A stretch of 64,000 bases of DNA from the NCBI GenBank assembly GCA_965223005.1, contig CBDCVK010000010.1, forward strand, positions 1,606,324 to 1,670,323, written 5' to 3'. Shown one piece after another: positions 60,978 to 64,000 of this stretch; the stretch's first letter is position 1, and each line of letters opens with the position of its first letter. The stretch is from Terriglobia bacterium (GTDB lineage Bacteria; Acidobacteriota; Terriglobia; JAJPHL01; JAPKYU01). The notes under the pieces are model-generated. The model did not search any database. It was not told the DNA's origin and worked only from the letters and a program-made list of their open reading frames with translations. Position numbers and translations under genes: made by a program.

Positions 60978-61646
60978 ATGTCGTCGACCATGGACACACA
61001 GAACAGCGACCAGACTGAACGTGCGGCAACCGAGGCATCGGATGCCAGAAAGTGCATCTGTGTCTACCTGGGGCACCACATCGGACGCGAGGAGCGATAT
61101 GTCGAACAGGCCGAGACCGTGGGCCGCCTGATGGCGACGGAGGGGATCGGGCTGGTGTACGGCGGCGCTAACGTCGGGCTGATGTGCACCATGGCTGATG
61201 CGGTCCTTGCGCACGGCGGCAGCGTCACCGGCGTCATCCCGCGACATCTGGCGTACCAGGACGTCACCCACCCGGGGCTGAGCCATCTGCATCTTGTCGA
61301 CACCCATGCACGAACGGAAGCACAAGATGCAGTCGTTGGCGCAGGCCTATCTCACCCTGCCCGGCGGCTTCGGCACGCTCGAGGAGATATTCGAAGCGCT
61401 CACATGGGCGCAAATCGAGTTACATGAGAAACCGATCGTCTTTCTGAACATCGACGGCTACTACGACTACCTGTTCAAGTTCCTGGACTTAGCGGTTACA
61501 AAGGGCCTGCTGGAGGGAAAAACCGCGCGCTGGCTCGCCAAGCGCCGACCGCCGAGTCGGCGCTGCAGATGATCAAGAGGGCCTGGGGCGAAGACGAGGA
61601 AGCCATGCTCCGGACGATACAACCCTACCAGCAGTCGAAGCCCTGA
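60978..61646 (+). CDS. LOG-family nucleotide phosphoribohydrolase (TIGR00730-like), with two frameshifts
   Basis: LVYGGA.VGLM, GVIP, MHERK, PGGFGTLEE. There is an extra C near 61303 and a missing A near 61520. Confidence 0.85.
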
Positions 61647-61697
61647 CGGTGCGCCGAATCCGCCACGCCGTTGATCGTGGCGTCTGGCGGTCGCGCG

Positions 61698-62039
61698 TCA
61701 GGCGACGACGTCCAGAGCCGATTTCTGCGAGTCCCGGATCGGGATGATCTGATCGAAGCCGCTGATCCGGAAGACCTCCTCGATATGGTTCTGCATAGCG
61801 CAGAGGGCGATCTTCCCATTGCTCGCGCGCAGTGCTTTGGTGGCGATCAGGAGCACCCGCATACCGGAACTACTGATGAAGTTGAGACGGCTGAAATCGA
61901 CAACCAGACACTGCTCGCCTCCACTGACGTATTTCATGACGATCGATTCAAACGAGTGGGCGTTCCCACTGTCCAACCGTCCAATGGGGAGTAGCACCAG
62001 CGCGTTATCGTGTCGTTCTTCCACAACTTCGATATCCAT
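61698..62039 (-). CDS. STAS-domain anti-sigma factor antagonist
   Basis: GRLD, FISSSGMRVLL, EVFRISGF. Confidence 0.92.
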   Translation of the reverse strand: MDIEVVEERHDNALVLLPIGRLDSGNAHSFESIVMKYVSGGEQCLVVDFSRLNFISSSGMRVLLIATKALRASNGKIALCAMQNHIEEVFRISGFDQIIPIRDSQKSALDVVA

Positions 62040-62070
62040 TGATTGATGTGCCTCGCGTCGACCGGCCGCG

Positions 62071-62502
62071 TCACCCGCCCACCGGCGTCAGATCGTGTTC
62101 CAGCGTCACCCGGTTCTTGCCGCCTACGAACTCGTAGCTCACGCGGTCGGCGGACGTCTTGACCAGATGCAACCCCAGGCCGCCCACAGCCCGCTCCTCG
62201 ATCCCTGACGACACATCGGGGTTCGAGTCGACCGTTGGATCGAACTTCGTCCCGTTGTCCACCATCGTCAGGACCAGGGTCGTGTCGGTGACCCGCACGG
62301 TGACCTCGATTTTCGGATACGCGATCCTTTCGAAGCCGTAGGTCACGGCGTTGGTGATCAGTTCGTCGAGCGCCAAGTTGACCATGTAGATCTTTAGCTC
62401 TGGCAACTGGTTGGCGTCGCCGAACTCCTCCACCATCCGGGACAGACTGCGCACCGCCGACAATCGGGGCGACAGCGTAACGTGCAAGTCTTCAAACATC
62501 AT
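62071..62502 (-). CDS. RsbW-like anti-sigma factor / serine kinase (HATPase_c_2)
   Basis: LALDELITNAV.YG, DNG.KFDP, GGLGLHLV. Confidence 0.92.
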   Translation of the reverse strand: MMFEDLHVTLSPRLSAVRSLSRMVEEFGDANQLPELKIYMVNLALDELITNAVTYGFERIAYPKIEVTVRVTDTTLVLTMVDNGTKFDPTVDSNPDVSSGIEERAVGGLGLHLVKTSADRVSYEFVGGKNRVTLEHDLTPVGG

Positions 62503-62587
62503 CGGAGCGACCCTCACGTCGAACACTTACATTATACCTAGTAAGGCCATGGAAAGAAACAGTGCTCGGGCGACGACGCGACTGGAT

Positions 62588-64000
62588 TCAGTGCCGGCGC
62601 AGTACCAAACAGGTCATGTCGTCGGCGGCCGCGGCCCCGGCTGAGAAGTCGGCGATTCTGCGCCAGACGTGGTCCACAATCTGCTCCGGCGAACGCCCGG
62701 CCGCTCCGTCGAGTGTTGCATCGAGCCGGTCCTTGCCGAACAACTCGCCGCCGAGGTTCACCGCGTCGGTCAGACCGTCCGTATAGAGAAAGAGCGTCTC
62801 CCCCGTGTGCAACTCCTCGCGGCGCATGTTGTATTCGAAGTCGTCGATCACGCCCATCGCCAACCCGCCGGTCATTGGGGGCACGCGCCGGGAGCCGTCG
62901 GTCTGCATGACCACCGCCGGCTCATGGCCAGCGCAGACATACTCTACGACTCCTTTATCGAGATCGACCGTGGCAAGCACGCAGGTGAAGAACAGCCCCA
63001 TCGGGTTCTCGTGGCACAGCCGGCGGTTGACTTCGGTGGCGATGGCGGCGATCCCGCTCATCCCGGAGGCCACCGAGGTGATCGCGCCTTGCGACGCCGC
63101 CATGAACAGGGCCGCCGGCACCCCCTTGCCGGAAACGTCGCCGACGGTGACGAAGAGCGTACCGGCGGTCAGCTCCCGCATGTCGACGAAATCGCCGCCC
63201 ACCTGCTGCGCCGGCGTCATCCGCGCATAGGCCTCGAAGTCGCCGAACTTCACGTTCCCTTCACGCACCAGCGCGGCCTGGACCACCTTCGCCATCTCCA
63301 GGTCCTGCTCCATCGCTTCATGGGCGAGCTGTAGTCGCTGGTTGGTCGTCTGGAGCTCCAGGGTTCGCTTCGAGACCAGCATCTCGAGTTGTTCTTCGCG
63401 GGTGAAGACCTGCACCGTCATGTCGGAAAAGACCCGCGCTAGGCTACCGATCTCGTCGGTGCGCCGGATCACCGCCTCCATCGCACCGGTGTCCGGCTGC
63501 CTGCCCGCCTCCACCTGCTGTGCGGCGGCGGCGATAACCTCAATCGGATACGTCAGCCACCGCGTGCCTCGGAGCGCGGCGCCGGCGGCAAGGACGAGCA
63601 GCGCAAACGCGATCAGCGTCGTGTTCCGCGCTTCGGTAAGCACGGTGCTTGCAATGTCGTCCAGGCTGACGGCGATGGACAGGCCACCGATCGTGATCCC
63701 GCCAGTGTTGATGATCGGCGAGGCCACCCAGATGCCGCGGTCGGCGGGTGACAGGAGGCTCAGGCTGGCCGTACTGACGACGCGCCCCTGGTCCATCGCC
63801 TGCCCCACGACGCCCTCGGCGCGGTTCGCGAAGATGCCTGCAGCGTCCGCTGCGCCGACGCTTGCCTGCCCCGCGCGCGGCGCCGACGCCGCCAGGTCGC
63901 GATCGAGATTGACGACCCAGAGCGCCTCTAGATTCCGCGAGCGGACCAGCACGTCCGCCTCGCTCTGGTACACGGAATAAAGCAGGTTGCCCGAACTACC
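62588..64000 (-). CDS. Membrane sensor with HAMP and PP2C/SpoIIE phosphatase domains (5' end lies outside the window)
   Basis: TM helix, HAMP (DEIGSLA..F..M), coiled coil, VGGDF, GDVSGKG, AGH, YTDGLT, DDMT. Confidence 0.9.
   Translation of the reverse strand, partial: GSSGNLLYSVYQSEADVLVRSRNLEALWVVNLDRDLAASAPRAGQASVGAADAAGIFANRAEGVVGQAMDQGRVVSTASLSLLSPADRGIWVASPIINTGGITIGGLSIAVSLDDIASTVLTEARNTTLIAFALLVLAAGAALRGTRWLTYPIEVIAAAAQQVEAGRQPDTGAMEAVIRRTDEIGSLARVFSDMTVQVFTREEQLEMLVSKRTLELQTTNQRLQLAHEAMEQDLEMAKVVQAALVREGNVKFGDFEAYARMTPAQQVGGDFVDMRELTAGTLFVTVGDVSGKGVPAALFMAASQGAITSVASGMSGIAAIATEVNRRLCHENPMGLFFTCVLATVDLDKGVVEYVCAGHEPAVVMQTDGSRRVPPMTGGLAMGVIDDFEYNMRREELHTGETLFLYTDGLTDAVNLGGELFGKDRLDATLDGAAGRSPEQIVDHVWRRIADFSAGAAAADDMTCLVLRRH

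Overview
GC-rich bacterial chromosome segment. Gene content resembles Acidobacteriota, which is an inference. The housekeeping backbone includes fabH, greA, a pgsA-like gene, lpxB, queD, a DinG/YoaA helicase, der and an osmoprotectant ABC transporter. It is interleaved with five notable blocks. (1) A respiratory operon at 14.4-23.8 kb: Rieske protein, split cytochrome b/subunit IV, a 1060-aa cytochrome with eight CxxCH motifs, a cupredoxin-type lipoprotein, heme A and heme O synthases and DUF420. (2) A minus-strand sugar-oxidation/stress cluster at 41.7-49.6 kb: PP2C phosphatase, aquaporin, GH15, GMC oxidoreductase, DoxX, archaeal-type glucose dehydrogenase, FMN reductase and a Cys-rich mini-protein. 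(3) An islet at the 3' end of tRNA-Ser, bounded by IS30. (4) A decayed IS1595-family element splitting an ABC permease, with an 8-bp target duplication. (5) An island after tRNA-Lys with an integrase remnant, IS1182 nested in IS256, a tandem YjbQ-like protein, a LOG gene and partner-switching genes. Several single-base frameshifts and two internal duplications may be assembly errors rather than biology. No CRISPR array or rRNA gene was seen.
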